Assembly: GCA_965228735.1 (NCBI GenBank)
Contig: OZ245838.1
Span: forward strand, 5,248,001-5,312,000
DNA: 64,000 nucleotides
Direction of reading: 5' to 3'
Origin: Planctomycetota bacterium
GTDB taxonomy: Bacteria; Planctomycetota; UBA1135; UBA2386
A program made the translations under genes and the position numbers. Each line of letters begins with the position of its first letter. Within the stretch, counting starts at the first letter, position 1. Positions 1 through 9,268 of the stretch are shown piece after piece. Below the pieces are notes generated by a model. The model made no database searches and was not told where the DNA came from. It saw nothing but the letters and a program-made list of their open reading frames with translations.

Positions 1-583
1 CCATGCCCCGGTCGATGAGCCGATGGCTGTGCTCCGGCGTCAGCGTGAGGCCGAGCGGCTCGGCGTCGACGTAGGCGTAGAACGCGCCGCCGAAGGCGAT
101 CGTGCAGGCGACGTCACCGAGGCCGTCGACCGCGACCCGGAGGTCGCGAAACACGAACGACGGCACGTTGCGGAACGACACGTCGACGACCTTGCCGTTC
201 TCGATGTTCGCGGCGGCGAGCACGCGCCCGGCCGGTGTATCGATGCGGATCGCGTCGGGGCTGGCCTCGAACAGCCCGTGTTCGAGGCCGACCTTGACGA
301 TGGCGATGATGCCGTGGCCGCACATCGTGCTGTAACCCTCGTTGTGCAGGAACAGCACGCCGACGTCACCGTCGCTCGTGGCGGGCGGGGTCAGGATCGC
401 GCCGTACATGTCGGCGTGCCCGCGCGGCTCGAGCATCAGCATGCGGCGCAGGTGATCCAGGTGCTCGCGGGCGTAGGCGCGGCGCTGCAGGATCGTGTCG
501 CCGGGAATCTCCGGGTAGCCGGAGGTGATGACGCGGAGCGGCTCACCGGCGGTGTGCGCCTCGATGGTCGTGATCTTCTGCAT
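1..583 (-). CDS. Proline racemase family protein, probably trans-3-hydroxy-L-proline dehydratase; 3' part runs off the left edge
   Basis: Absent from the ORF track. Manual translation from ATG at 583 gives MQKITTIEAHTAGEPLRVIT...MLEPRGHADMYGA...FLHNEGYSTMCGHG...IAFGGAFYAYV, which are proline racemase family motifs. Confidence 0.9.
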   Translation of the reverse strand, partial: MQKITTIEAHTAGEPLRVITSGYPEIPGDTILQRRAYAREHLDHLRRMLMLEPRGHADMYGAILTPPATSDGDVGVLFLHNEGYSTMCGHGIIAIVKVGLEHGLFEASPDAIRIDTPAGRVLAAANIENGKVVDVSFRNVPSFVFRDLRVAVDGLGDVACTIAFGGAFYAYVDAEPLGLTLTPEHSHRLIDRGM

Positions 584-584
584 G

Positions 585-1592
585 TCAGAGCTCGAGCGTC
601 TGGCCGATATCGAGTCGCTCGGCGCGATCGATCGCGGCGGGTGCGGCGAACAGGTCCTGGACGGCGTGCCCGACCGACTTGAACACCGTGATCTGTTCGG
701 GGCCGGAGCGGCCGCGGGCCGGGTCGTGCAGCAGATCACCGAGTTCGAGCCAGTCGGTGCTGCTGGTCACACCTGCCGCCTCGGCAGCGACGAGCTCGCC
801 CGCTTCGTGAATGGCCGATTCGCGCAGGTCGACGACGATGCGGTCGGCGCGTTCGATCGTCGTCGCATCGAGTTCACGCATCGTGAGGCGAAAACTGCCG
901 ACGCCGTTGACGTGCGCGCCGGCGCGCAGGGCGGCGCCGTCGAAGACGGGCTCCGTCGCGCTCGTCGCCGCGCTGACCACGTCGGCATCCTCGATCGCGT
1001 CCGCAGCGCTCACGGCCACGCGCAGCGCCGTCGTGACCTGCGGCTGCATGCGGGTGACGAACTCCTCGACCCGATCGCTGTTGCGCGCAAACACCCGGAC
1101 CTCGTCGAGTGCGCGCACCGCCGCCATCGCGAGCAGCTGGGTCTCGGCCTGACCGCCGGCTCCGATCACGGCGCCGATCTTCGCGTCGGGGCGCGCGAGC
1201 AGCTCCGTCGCGAGCCCGGCGACGGCGCCCGTGCGGATCGCCGTCAGCGCGCCGCCGTCGCAGATCCCGCGCACCTGCCCCGTCTCGGGATCGAGCACGG
1301 TGACGACACCGGTTGTCGTGAGAAGGCCGCGCGCCGCGTTGCCGGGGAACACGTTCACGACCTTGGCGATCCGACCGACCGCGCCGCTCGCGCCCATCAG
1401 CAGGGTCGTGCGATCCCCCGCCGTGAGATGCACGCGCGGCGGCGCCACGATCTCGCCGGCATGCAGCGCGAGGAACGCGCGCCGACACGCCGCGATGGCG
1501 TCCGCCATCGGCAGGGCCCGGCGGACATCGGCGGCAGAAAGAACGCGCGTGATCACACCGGCAGCGTAGATGTTCGGCGACCGCTCCGACAT
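585..1592 (-). CDS. Ornithine cyclodeaminase/mu-crystallin family protein (possible delta1-pyrroline-2-carboxylate reductase)
   Basis: Motifs LTAIRTGA, GAGGQA, GAHVNGVGS and ITVFKSVGHAVQD. Start is ATG 1592 or GTG 1556. Abuts the proline racemase family gene. Confidence 0.9.
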   Translation of the reverse strand: MSERSPNIYAAGVITRVLSAADVRRALPMADAIAACRRAFLALHAGEIVAPPRVHLTAGDRTTLLMGASGAVGRIAKVVNVFPGNAARGLLTTTGVVTVLDPETGQVRGICDGGALTAIRTGAVAGLATELLARPDAKIGAVIGAGGQAETQLLAMAAVRALDEVRVFARNSDRVEEFVTRMQPQVTTALRVAVSAADAIEDADVVSAATSATEPVFDGAALRAGAHVNGVGSFRLTMRELDATTIERADRIVVDLRESAIHEAGELVAAEAAGVTSSTDWLELGDLLHDPARGRSGPEQITVFKSVGHAVQDLFAAPAAIDRAERLDIGQTLEL

Positions 1593-1639
1593 TGCGGAAA
1601 CCCAGGGCCGGCCGGGCTGGCTACCATGCCCGCGTGCCC

Positions 1640-2323
1640 GTGCGCGCCGAATCCGACCATGCGTTCTACTGGCGCTGTGGCCTGGGAATGATCGTGTTCC
1701 TCGTTCTCGGCTTCGGCGCGAGAGTGCTCGTTGAACGGGAAGAACGGTCACCGGCGCTCGCGGTGCTCGTGCCGCACATCGTGAGCATCGGGGCGTGGTA
1801 TCTGCTGTTCGCCGTGCAGACCCGATTGATCGCGGCCGGGCGTCGGACGCTGCACCGGCGGTTGGGCTCCGCGAGCGTGCCGCTGGTGCTTGCGTTGCTC
1901 GTCACCGGCGTCGCCGTCACGCGCGCCAACTTCCTCATCAAGGGCGACGCGCCGCTCGTGTTCTTCAACGTGCTCAACCTCGCGCAGTTCACGATCCTCT
2001 ACGCGTGGGCGCTGCTGCGGGTGCGGCAGCCGGCCCTGCACAAGCGGCTCATGCTGTACGGCAGCATCGCGATGATGCCGCCCGCGCTCGTCCGGCTGAT
2101 CCAGGCGATCGGGCTGCCCGAAGTCGCGACGGTGGGGCTCATCATCGGCTGGTGCGTCCCGGGCGTGTTGCACGACCGCGCGACGCTCGGCCGCGTGCAT
2201 CGCGGCACGTGGATCGGCATCGGGACGATCGCGTTCGGCCTGGCGATCGGCGGGCCCGTCGGGTTCAGCGACGGTTGGCGCGACGTCGTGGTGAGTTGGT
2301 TCGGCGAGCCGGCGGTGCGCTGA
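1640..2323 (+). CDS. Integral membrane protein of unknown function (about 6 TM segments)
   Basis: Alternating hydrophobic segments with HRRLG and HKRLM motifs. Start uncertain (GTG 1640 chosen). Confidence 0.7.
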   Translation: MRAESDHAFYWRCGLGMIVFLVLGFGARVLVEREERSPALAVLVPHIVSIGAWYLLFAVQTRLIAAGRRTLHRRLGSASVPLVLALLVTGVAVTRANFLIKGDAPLVFFNVLNLAQFTILYAWALLRVRQPALHKRLMLYGSIAMMPPALVRLIQAIGLPEVATVGLIIGWCVPGVLHDRATLGRVHRGTWIGIGTIAFGLAIGGPVGFSDGWRDVVVSWFGEPAVR

Positions 2324-2329
2324 CTCCGC

Positions 2330-4165
2330 CTACTGGACGCGCGGCAGTCGCAGCGTCCAGTCGCCGAGCAGCGACCAGAAGTAGCTGCGCTTGCGACCGA
2401 TGTCGCCGCCGGCCTGGCCCCAGCTCGCCGCGCTGGCCTCGGTCGCGAAGTACGCGCGCCAACCGTCGCCCACGGTGCCGCCCTGGCGCAGCGCTTCGAC
2501 GAACCCGCGCGGCTCGTCGTAGAACACCTTGGCCCGGCCGATGAGCGCGACGCACGGCGTGAAGAAGAGGATCGACTCGGCGTGTTGGCGCGCGCCGTAG
2601 CGCGGGTCTTCGAACGGCAGCGCGTGACCCGGCGGGGAGAGCGCCTCGCAGCCGGTGTGGACCATGAGGAACGGCGTCGTCGCCGGCGCGCCGTTGGCCC
2701 AGAGCGTGCGGTAGAAGAAGAACCCCGCGTGGCCGGTTCGACATGCGGAGTGCAGCGACGGCACGAGCGATCGGCCGTGCCGGGTGAAGCTCCACGGCGC
2801 GCCGCCGATCGCGTCGTGCAACGCCGCGATGTCGGTCTTGGCGAACACCGCGTGGTGGCCGTTGCTGTGCGCTCGCAACGTGCGCAACGTCGCGGGCCGC
2901 CCGAACCACTGCGCTACCGCGCGCAGATCGACGCCCTGCTTCACGTCGTAGCCAGCCGTGTCGAACTCCGCCCACGACTCGTGCGCCTGGCGGACGCTGG
3001 CCATTCCCGAGGGCAGACCCCACGCAATCGATGCGGGCCGGTGCGACTCGCTCGGCACGCCGTCCGTGCGGAACGCGTGGTTACGGTCGAAGTACTCGCA
3101 CAGCAACCGCAGCTCGAGGTCTCTGTCCGGCACCCAGACGTGATCCCAGCGCGGTGGCTCGGTGCCGTTTCCGAACTCGACCGCGCGCGGTTTGCCCGCG
3201 GCGTCGAGATACTCCGCGGCCGGGCTCCAGGCGACACCGCGCGCGTCGATGCGCGATACGGCGATCTCCGGCTGCGCGATCGCGTTGACCCGTTCTCGGT
3301 CGGTTGCCGTGCACTCGTGATCGCGGTCGGCGTCATCGATGCGGATCGTGAACTCGCCCTCGTCGACCTCCAGCGCACCGTCGTCGACATGGAACACGTC
3401 GCGGTAGCCCATCGTTCGCGATCGCATCGCGCTGCAGAGGCCGCCGTTCGTGATGTCCTCCGGGTCGGCGAACCACGCTTCGACGCGCTGCAGCTCGCTC
3501 GCCGGGCCGAGGTAGCGCGATTCCCAGTCCCCGTCGAGATCGGCGAGCACCAGGTCGAACTTGTGAGCGACGAGCTCGGGCACGCGCCGCAGCCAGCGCG
3601 CGCCGGCCGGCAGCTTCGTCTTCTTGCCCGCACGATCGGGCAGTTCGACGCGGTTGCTCTTGCGCCAGTTGCAGGTGCGGACGAGCGTCGCATCGGGGAA
3701 GTGGCCGACGAGCACGACACCGGCGAGGTCGACCCGGTCGGCAACGGCCTGCAGCAGGCGCCGGATGCCGAGCACGGTGCGGCCGTCCTCGTGGGGTGCG
3801 CCCGTGCGGACCTTTGCCGTGACGACGTGCGCGCGGTAGCCGTCGCGCGCGAGGTCGGCGGCGTAGCGTGTGAGTCGGTCGTGCAGGGCGCCGATGCGGG
3901 CCCGGCGCGACTCGCGGGTGGCGTCGACGAGCCGGGGTTCGACCAGCACGAGGACACTGGGGGCGGAGTCCGGTCCGGCGGCGGTGACCGGCCGGAGGGC
4001 TTCGAGTTCGGCGCGGCCGTCGCGGTCGACGTCGATCGGGGCGAGTGCCGAGAGATCGAGTTCGGTCTGGGCGACCGCCGCCCCGCCGAGGGCGAGCGCG
4101 CATGCCACCGCGGCGAGCCGGCGGGCCGTGGGCGGTGCGGACTCCCGGGTGCCGTGAGGTCGCAT
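2330..4165 (-). CDS. Secreted protein with gingipain/peptidase C25-like (clan CD) motifs
   Basis: Signal-like N-terminus (LAAVACALALGGAAVAQ), then VVLVGH, LADLDGDW, PEIAVSRI, LRAHS (His), VHTGC (Cys) and C-terminal LLGDWTLRL. Confidence 0.6.
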   Translation of the reverse strand: MRPHGTRESAPPTARRLAAVACALALGGAAVAQTELDLSALAPIDVDRDGRAELEALRPVTAAGPDSAPSVLVLVEPRLVDATRESRRARIGALHDRLTRYAADLARDGYRAHVVTAKVRTGAPHEDGRTVLGIRRLLQAVADRVDLAGVVLVGHFPDATLVRTCNWRKSNRVELPDRAGKKTKLPAGARWLRRVPELVAHKFDLVLADLDGDWESRYLGPASELQRVEAWFADPEDITNGGLCSAMRSRTMGYRDVFHVDDGALEVDEGEFTIRIDDADRDHECTATDRERVNAIAQPEIAVSRIDARGVAWSPAAEYLDAAGKPRAVEFGNGTEPPRWDHVWVPDRDLELRLLCEYFDRNHAFRTDGVPSESHRPASIAWGLPSGMASVRQAHESWAEFDTAGYDVKQGVDLRAVAQWFGRPATLRTLRAHSNGHHAVFAKTDIAALHDAIGGAPWSFTRHGRSLVPSLHSACRTGHAGFFFYRTLWANGAPATTPFLMVHTGCEALSPPGHALPFEDPRYGARQHAESILFFTPCVALIGRAKVFYDEPRGFVEALRQGGTVGDGWRAYFATEASAASWGQAGGDIGRKRSYFWSLLGDWTLRLPRVQ

Positions 4166-4363
4166 GGGCTCACCGACTACGGGGGCTGGGCCGCGGGCGC
4201 AAGCCGCGGGCCCTGGTCCCCGGCTGCGCGCTGGTCCGATGTGGCTCTGGCCCGACGTCGCCCAACTTCGAGGTCCGGCCTGGGACAGCGGATGCTGCCG
4301 TGACACCGGAGGTTGCGGGCCGGGCGCGGCGAAAGAGGGGTTGCAATGGCTCAAGCAAGCTGC

Positions 4364-4389
4364 AACACTTGACGAAGTGTGCAAGTGAT
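4364..4389 (+). promoter_or_regulatory. SmtB/ArsR-type 12-2-12 imperfect inverted repeat (operator)
   Basis: AACACTTGACGA-AG-TGTGCAAGTGAT, with 8 of 12 positions complementary and a perfect CACTTG/CAAGTG core. Overlaps the ATG of the ArsR gene. Confidence 0.65.
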
Positions 4390-4741
4390 GGAGCATGATT
4401 GCAGCCACGACCATGACGGTCAGCCGGAACCGATCGCGCCCGCGTCGGACCTCGTCGCTCGCGCGGCGGCGTTCTTTCGGGCGCTCGGGGACCCGGCGCG
4501 CCTCGCGGTCGTGGCCGAGCTCTGTGGGCGCGAGCTGTGCGTCTCCGAGCTCGCGGCGCTCAGCGGCGACTCGATGTCCGCGGTCTCACAGCGCCTGCGG
4601 GTGCTGCGCGCGGACGGGCTCGTCGTGCGGCGCCGCGCCGGCAAGCACGTGCACTACTCCCTCGTGGACGACCATGTGGCGGCGCTCGTTCGCAACGCGA
4701 TCGAGCACGCCGACGAGCCACGTGACCCGCGACCGGACTGA
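4388..4741 (+). CDS. ArsR/SmtB family metalloregulatory repressor (SmtB/ZiaR/CzrA-like)
   Basis: FRALGDPARL, ELCVSEL (alpha3 metal motif), SAVSQRLRVLR, alpha5-like DDHV...EHADE site, and His/Cys-rich N-terminus. Confidence 0.92.
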   Translation: MEHDCSHDHDGQPEPIAPASDLVARAAAFFRALGDPARLAVVAELCGRELCVSELAALSGDSMSAVSQRLRVLRADGLVVRRRAGKHVHYSLVDDHVAALVRNAIEHADEPRDPRPD

Positions 4742-4762
4742 ACCTCGAACCGAAGACTGAAC

Positions 4763-5110
4763 ATGAACTGCAACGACAAGCACAACGATCACTCGCATCA
4801 GCACGGCGCCAAGTGTGGGCACCAGGCCGTGCGTCACGACGATCACGTCGACTACCTGCACGACGGTCACCTGCATCACCCGCACGGTGATCACATCGAC
4901 GAGCACCGAATCGACGTGAGCGCGGCCAACCCGGCGGACTGCACGCCGTCGCACTCGTGCGGCGGCCACGACGATGGCCACGAGCACGGCCCGGGCTGCG
5001 GCCACGAAGCGGTGCCGCACGGCGACCACGTCGACTACCTCGTCGACGGTCACCTGCACCACCCGCACGACGGCCACTGCGACGATCACGGCAAGCTCGC
5101 GCTCGCCTGA
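4763..5110 (+). CDS. His-rich putative metal-binding protein with two internal repeats
   Basis: 115 aa with two copies of HxHGxxCGHxAVxHxDHVDYLxDGHLHHPHxxHxDxH. Starts 21 bp after the ArsR gene. Confidence 0.85.
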   Translation: MNCNDKHNDHSHQHGAKCGHQAVRHDDHVDYLHDGHLHHPHGDHIDEHRIDVSAANPADCTPSHSCGGHDDGHEHGPGCGHEAVPHGDHVDYLVDGHLHHPHDGHCDDHGKLALA

Positions 5111-5139
5111 CCGGCGGCCTTCGGTCGCGCGGCTCTCGG

Positions 5140-6018
5140 TTATTGGGCCGCGGGGTCGCCGAGTTCGCGCCGCACGGCCGCACGCGCGATGCGGCCGATC
5201 CACGCGATGACCGCGAGCGTCGCCGCGATCGCGAGAACGGTGGACCAGAGGTTGCCGCCGGCGTCCCAATCGAGTTCGGACAGTTGCGCGCCGACGAGGG
5301 CGACGCCGATCGAACGCGGTGCGATCCCGATCGCGGTGGCGCACGAGAACGGTCCGAGTCGGACCCCGAGTGATGCCATCAGCACGTTGGTCGCGGCGAA
5401 CGGCATGAGCGGCGAGAGCCGCAGCAGCGCGATCAGCCAGACCGTGCGCCAGAAACTGCGGCCGAGCAGCGCTGTGTGGATCCGTTGACTGACGGGTGAC
5501 GCCGCGATCGCGTCGAGCACGCGCGAGCCGATCAGCCGGGCCCAGACCGCGTGGCCGATCGCAGCCGCGCAGATGACGATGGAGAACGCGATGCCCGTGC
5601 CGAGCCACGTGCCGAACACATAGCCGGCGAGCAGGGCCGTGGCGTGGGTCGGCATGAGGCAGGCCGCGGCCAGCACGACGCCGAGCGCCCAGAACGCGAT
5701 CGCCGAAGCGGCGCCGCCGGCTTCGAACCACGGCAACCACGAACCCGACGTCATGATCAGGATCACGACGCCGACCAGCGGCCCGACGCATGCGAGCACG
5801 AGCATCGGCGTCAACGGCCCGAGTCGTATGATCGTGCGCCAGGCGCGTGGGATACGGTGATGAGCTCGGGAAAGGGCGGGTTCGCCCTGTTCTACGTTCG
5901 CCATCGTCGGCTCGTTCGCGCTGCCGCCGTCCTGCTGCGGCTGCCGCGGCTGCTGCTGCTCGTCGCCGCCTGGTTCGCTGACCAGCAGTTCGCCTGACCC
6001 GTCGGTGCCGTCGGTCAC
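5140..6018 (-). CDS. DedA/VTT (TVP38/TMEM64, SNARE-associated) family membrane protein
   Basis: LLAGYVFG and LLRLSPLMPFAATN motifs. GTG at 6018 overlaps the upstream stop (GTGA); ATG 5904 is an alternative start. Confidence 0.85.
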   Translation of the reverse strand: MTDGTDGSGELLVSEPGGDEQQQPRQPQQDGGSANEPTMANVEQGEPALSRAHHRIPRAWRTIIRLGPLTPMLVLACVGPLVGVVILIMTSGSWLPWFEAGGAASAIAFWALGVVLAAACLMPTHATALLAGYVFGTWLGTGIAFSIVICAAAIGHAVWARLIGSRVLDAIAASPVSQRIHTALLGRSFWRTVWLIALLRLSPLMPFAATNVLMASLGVRLGPFSCATAIGIAPRSIGVALVGAQLSELDWDAGGNLWSTVLAIAATLAVIAWIGRIARAAVRRELGDPAAQ

Positions 6019-7280
6019 GCTGCCGTGCCCGGTTCGCGGCGCATCGGCGGCCATTGCCAGTACGCGAGGGCGCGCCAGAGCCACTCGAGCGGGCCGAAGC
6101 GGAATCGCTGCAGCCACAGCGGCGAGTACCACAACTGGAAGCCGAAGATCGCGAGGACGATCACCGCCTGCCACACACGACTGACGTGGCCGAAGAGGCC
6201 GAGGCCGTGGCCGTTGTAGATCGTCGTGCAGATCACGCTGTGCATGATGTAGTTCGTGAACGCCATCTGGCCGACGGCGGCGAAGCGTTCGCGCAGCGCG
6301 GGCAGGCTCCCGCGGCGACAGATCAGCATCACGAGGCCGATCCAGCCGAATGCGACGAACAGGCTGCCGACGTAGTTGAAGTTGGCGCCGACGCCCATCG
6401 AGCGCAGCATCTCCCAGTCGTGCATCTCGTGGTCGTAGATGCCCCAGGCGCACAGCGGCAGGCCGATCAGGAAGCCGCCGACGATCATCGTCAGGTAGAA
6501 CCGGTCGCTGCGTTCGGCCGCGAAGACTCCCATGCGGAACAGCGCCATGCCGAGCAGCATGTTCGCGAGGATGCGCCAGCCGAACAGGACGAGGAAGCCG
6601 AGCATCCCCGTCCATTCCTCCGCGCGGTGCGCGACCTGGCCGAGCCAGCCGCCGCGCATCGTCGCGTGCGTGGCCTCGATGTAGTCGCTGCTCGGGGCCC
6701 ACATCGTCTGCAGTTCGGCCAGATCCTCGGCCGGCATCTGGTCGAGGAACGAGAACGCGAGCGGCGGCAGTGAGAAGGCCAGGAAGGCCAGCAGGAACAG
6801 CAGCCAGAGCCAGACCCGCCGCAGCAGGTACGCGACCATCCCGACGATGCCGTAGAAGAACAGGATGTCGCCGATCCACAGCAGCGTCGCGTGCGCGAAG
6901 CCGAACAGCGCGAGCCAGAGCATGCGCCGGTAGTGCAGGCCGGCGGAGCGGCCCGTTCGTTCTTTCGCCCGTGTCGTCATCAGCACGATGCCGGCGCCGA
7001 ACAGCATCGAGAAGATCGTCATGAACTTGGTGTCCGCGACGACGCGGTTGAAGCACCACAGGCCGTACTCGACGGCCGAGATGTCGCCGAGCGCGAACGG
7101 GTGCATGTAGACGGCGAACACGTCGGCGAATGCCTGCATGTTCATCGTCAGCACACCGAACAGGGCGAACCCGCGGAGCACGTCGATGGACCGGATGCGG
7201 CCGGCCTGCACGACCGGAGCAGGGGCTGCAGCAGCGGTTTCGGTGGTTGGGACCTCGGTAGTGGGCGTTGCGTCGGTCAC
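6015..7280 (-). CDS. DUF418 (YeiB-like) membrane protein
   Basis: RIRSIDVLRGFALFG, KFMTIFSMLFGAG, GQMAFTNY and FRFGPLEWLWR. Confidence 0.9.
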   Translation of the reverse strand: MTDATPTTEVPTTETAAAAPAPVVQAGRIRSIDVLRGFALFGVLTMNMQAFADVFAVYMHPFALGDISAVEYGLWCFNRVVADTKFMTIFSMLFGAGIVLMTTRAKERTGRSAGLHYRRMLWLALFGFAHATLLWIGDILFFYGIVGMVAYLLRRVWLWLLFLLAFLAFSLPPLAFSFLDQMPAEDLAELQTMWAPSSDYIEATHATMRGGWLGQVAHRAEEWTGMLGFLVLFGWRILANMLLGMALFRMGVFAAERSDRFYLTMIVGGFLIGLPLCAWGIYDHEMHDWEMLRSMGVGANFNYVGSLFVAFGWIGLVMLICRRGSLPALRERFAAVGQMAFTNYIMHSVICTTIYNGHGLGLFGHVSRVWQAVIVLAIFGFQLWYSPLWLQRFRFGPLEWLWRALAYWQWPPMRREPGTAA

Positions 7281-7293
7281 GGTGGACCGGACG

Positions 7294-7479
7294 CTACCGC
7301 TGCCGTGACCGCGCGTCCAACAGCCCGCCGGCGATGTAGGCGCCGGTCGCGGCGACGACCGCCGACACGTACGGTGCCGTCGCGAGCACGGGGATTTCGG
7401 CGTCGACCAGCAGGTGCGAGAGGGCGACGTAGACGACAACGCCGACCGCGAGCGCTGCGGACGGGTTGCGTGCGGCCAT
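7294..7479 (-). CDS. Small 2-TM protein, possibly the C-terminal remnant of a sodium:solute symporter
   Basis: 61-aa hydrophobic ORF (SAALAVGVVVYVAL...APYVSAVVAATGAY) filling the gap between two genes. Confidence 0.35.
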   Translation of the reverse strand: MAARNPSAALAVGVVVYVALSHLLVDAEIPVLATAPYVSAVVAATGAYIAGGLLDARSRQR

Positions 7480-7539
7480 CGTGCGGCATTGCGGCCTCAG
7501 CTCGTTGCATCGATCCGACCTCGCCGTCTACTCGTCCGG

Positions 7540-8157
7540 ATGCGTGCCGTGCTGCTCATCTCGTCACTGCTCCTGCTCACGGCTTGCGCCGTTTTCGATG
7601 CGGGCTTCGAGCCGCTCTTCGCCCCGGGCTCGATGGCCGGCTGGCACAGCTCCCCGGGCGGCACGTGGGAATGGCGCGGTGACGTGCTCGTCGGCACGAG
7701 TCCGAAGAGCGAGCCGCGGCACGGCATCCTGATCAGCGATGCGCGCTACGGCGACTTCGAACTGCGCGTCGAGTTCCGCGTGTTGGCCGGCAACAGCGGG
7801 CTCTACTTCCGCGTCGACGAGGTCGGCGGGCGCGTGGCCGTGCGGGGGTTCCAGGCCGAGGTCGATACGACGATGGCGACGGGTGGCCTCTACGAGACCG
7901 GCGGCCGGGCGTGGGTGGTCAAACCGGATCCTGATCGCATGCGCATGGTCTACACGCCGGGCGAGTGGACGCGGATGCGGATCCGCGCGGTCGGGCGCGA
8001 CGTCGAGGTCTTCGTGAACGACGAGTCGACCGCGATCCTGCGTGACGACCCGGGGCGGCTCGAGGGTCACATCGGACTGCAGCTGCACGGCGGGCAGGAC
8101 ATGCACGTCGAGTTCCGCAACCTCGAACTGCAGACGATCGCCCCGCGGTCGGAGTAG
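7540..8157 (+). CDS. DUF1080 (3-keto-disaccharide hydrolase-like) lipoprotein
   Basis: Lipobox LTAC, YGDFELRVEF, NSGLYFR, TGGLY, GHIGLQLH and VEFRNL. Confidence 0.9.
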   Translation: MRAVLLISSLLLLTACAVFDAGFEPLFAPGSMAGWHSSPGGTWEWRGDVLVGTSPKSEPRHGILISDARYGDFELRVEFRVLAGNSGLYFRVDEVGGRVAVRGFQAEVDTTMATGGLYETGGRAWVVKPDPDRMRMVYTPGEWTRMRIRAVGRDVEVFVNDESTAILRDDPGRLEGHIGLQLHGGQDMHVEFRNLELQTIAPRSE

Positions 8158-8161
8158 CATC

Positions 8162-9268
8162 GTGGGTTGGCGCAAGAAGCTGGCTGCGACCGCGGGCGGA
8201 CTCGTCGTCGCATTGACTGCCGTCGAGGTCGGGCTCTGGATCGCCGATGTCCCGCGCTTCCATCGGGCGCATTCGGCGCCGGAGCAGTTCCGCTTCGTGC
8301 GGGAGCCCGACAGCGGGCGGTACTTCTGGGTCAACACGCCCGGGACCCGGATCGAGTTCGAGTACGACTCGGATCCGCGTGGCTACTTCGAACCCGGCAA
8401 CATCGTGCGCCACACGGTCAACGCCGAGGGGTTCCGCGGTGACGCGTTTCGGGCCCCGGCGCCGCGCACCCTGCGGCTCGCCTACTTCGGCGACTCCTTC
8501 ACGTTCGGCGAGGGGGTTCACGACGGCGATACGTTCGCCGAAGTCACAGCGCGTCTCCTCGACGAGCACTACGAACGGAGCGGCGTCCGGGTCGAGAGCT
8601 ACAACTTCGGCGTCAGCGGCTACAACACGCGCGACTGCCAGTTCCTGCTCGAGATCGTTGCTGCGCAGGCGAAGCCCCACGCCGTGGTCCTCTGCTACGT
8701 GCTCAACGATGCCGAGCCCGCGCTGTTTCGTATCGATCCGGCGCGACAGACCCCGGTGCGACGGTCGCGGGAACTCGAGGTCGCGGAAGGAAGCGACGAC
8801 CCGCGACCGCCCGACGATTCGATCTACTCGTTGCGGCTCGCTCGGCTGATGTGGCAAGTTGCCGCGAGCCGGGAACGCAGTCGGCGCACGATCGCGCACT
8901 ACCGCTACCTGTACGGCCCGACCGCTGCCGGCTGGCAGGCCACGCAGGACGCCTTGTCGAAGATGGGAGCGTTCCTCGGCGAGCGCGGGATCCGGTTCTA
9001 CGTGATGATCTTCCCGATCCTGTTCGAGCTGGATGGCGGCTATCCGTTCGAGGAACTGCACGAACTGGTCGCTGACCACGCCACGGCAAGTCGTGCCGGC
9101 GTGCTGGACTTGCTGCCGGCGTTCGCGCGCCACTCCGGGCCGGAGCTGTGGGTGCATCCCACGGATCAGCACCCGAACGAGCTGGCGCATGCGATCGCCG
9201 CGGAGCAGCTCGCTCGATTCCTGATCGCCGATGATGGCTTCGCTGAGGTCGTAGCCGCGCTGCGCTGA
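8162..9268 (+). CDS. SGNH/GDSL hydrolase family protein, N-terminally membrane-anchored
   Basis: YFGDSFTFG (block I), NFGVSGY (II), YVLND (III) and DQHPN (V). Confidence 0.88.
   Translation: MGWRKKLAATAGGLVVALTAVEVGLWIADVPRFHRAHSAPEQFRFVREPDSGRYFWVNTPGTRIEFEYDSDPRGYFEPGNIVRHTVNAEGFRGDAFRAPAPRTLRLAYFGDSFTFGEGVHDGDTFAEVTARLLDEHYERSGVRVESYNFGVSGYNTRDCQFLLEIVAAQAKPHAVVLCYVLNDAEPALFRIDPARQTPVRRSRELEVAEGSDDPRPPDDSIYSLRLARLMWQVAASRERSRRTIAHYRYLYGPTAAGWQATQDALSKMGAFLGERGIRFYVMIFPILFELDGGYPFEELHELVADHATASRAGVLDLLPAFARHSGPELWVHPTDQHPNELAHAIAAEQLARFLIADDGFAEVVAALR

Noticed and set aside
5140..7059. 639-aa ORF as a single gene
   Set aside because: The N-terminal part is an alternate frame over the DUF418 gene; only 5140-6018 is DedA/VTT-like.
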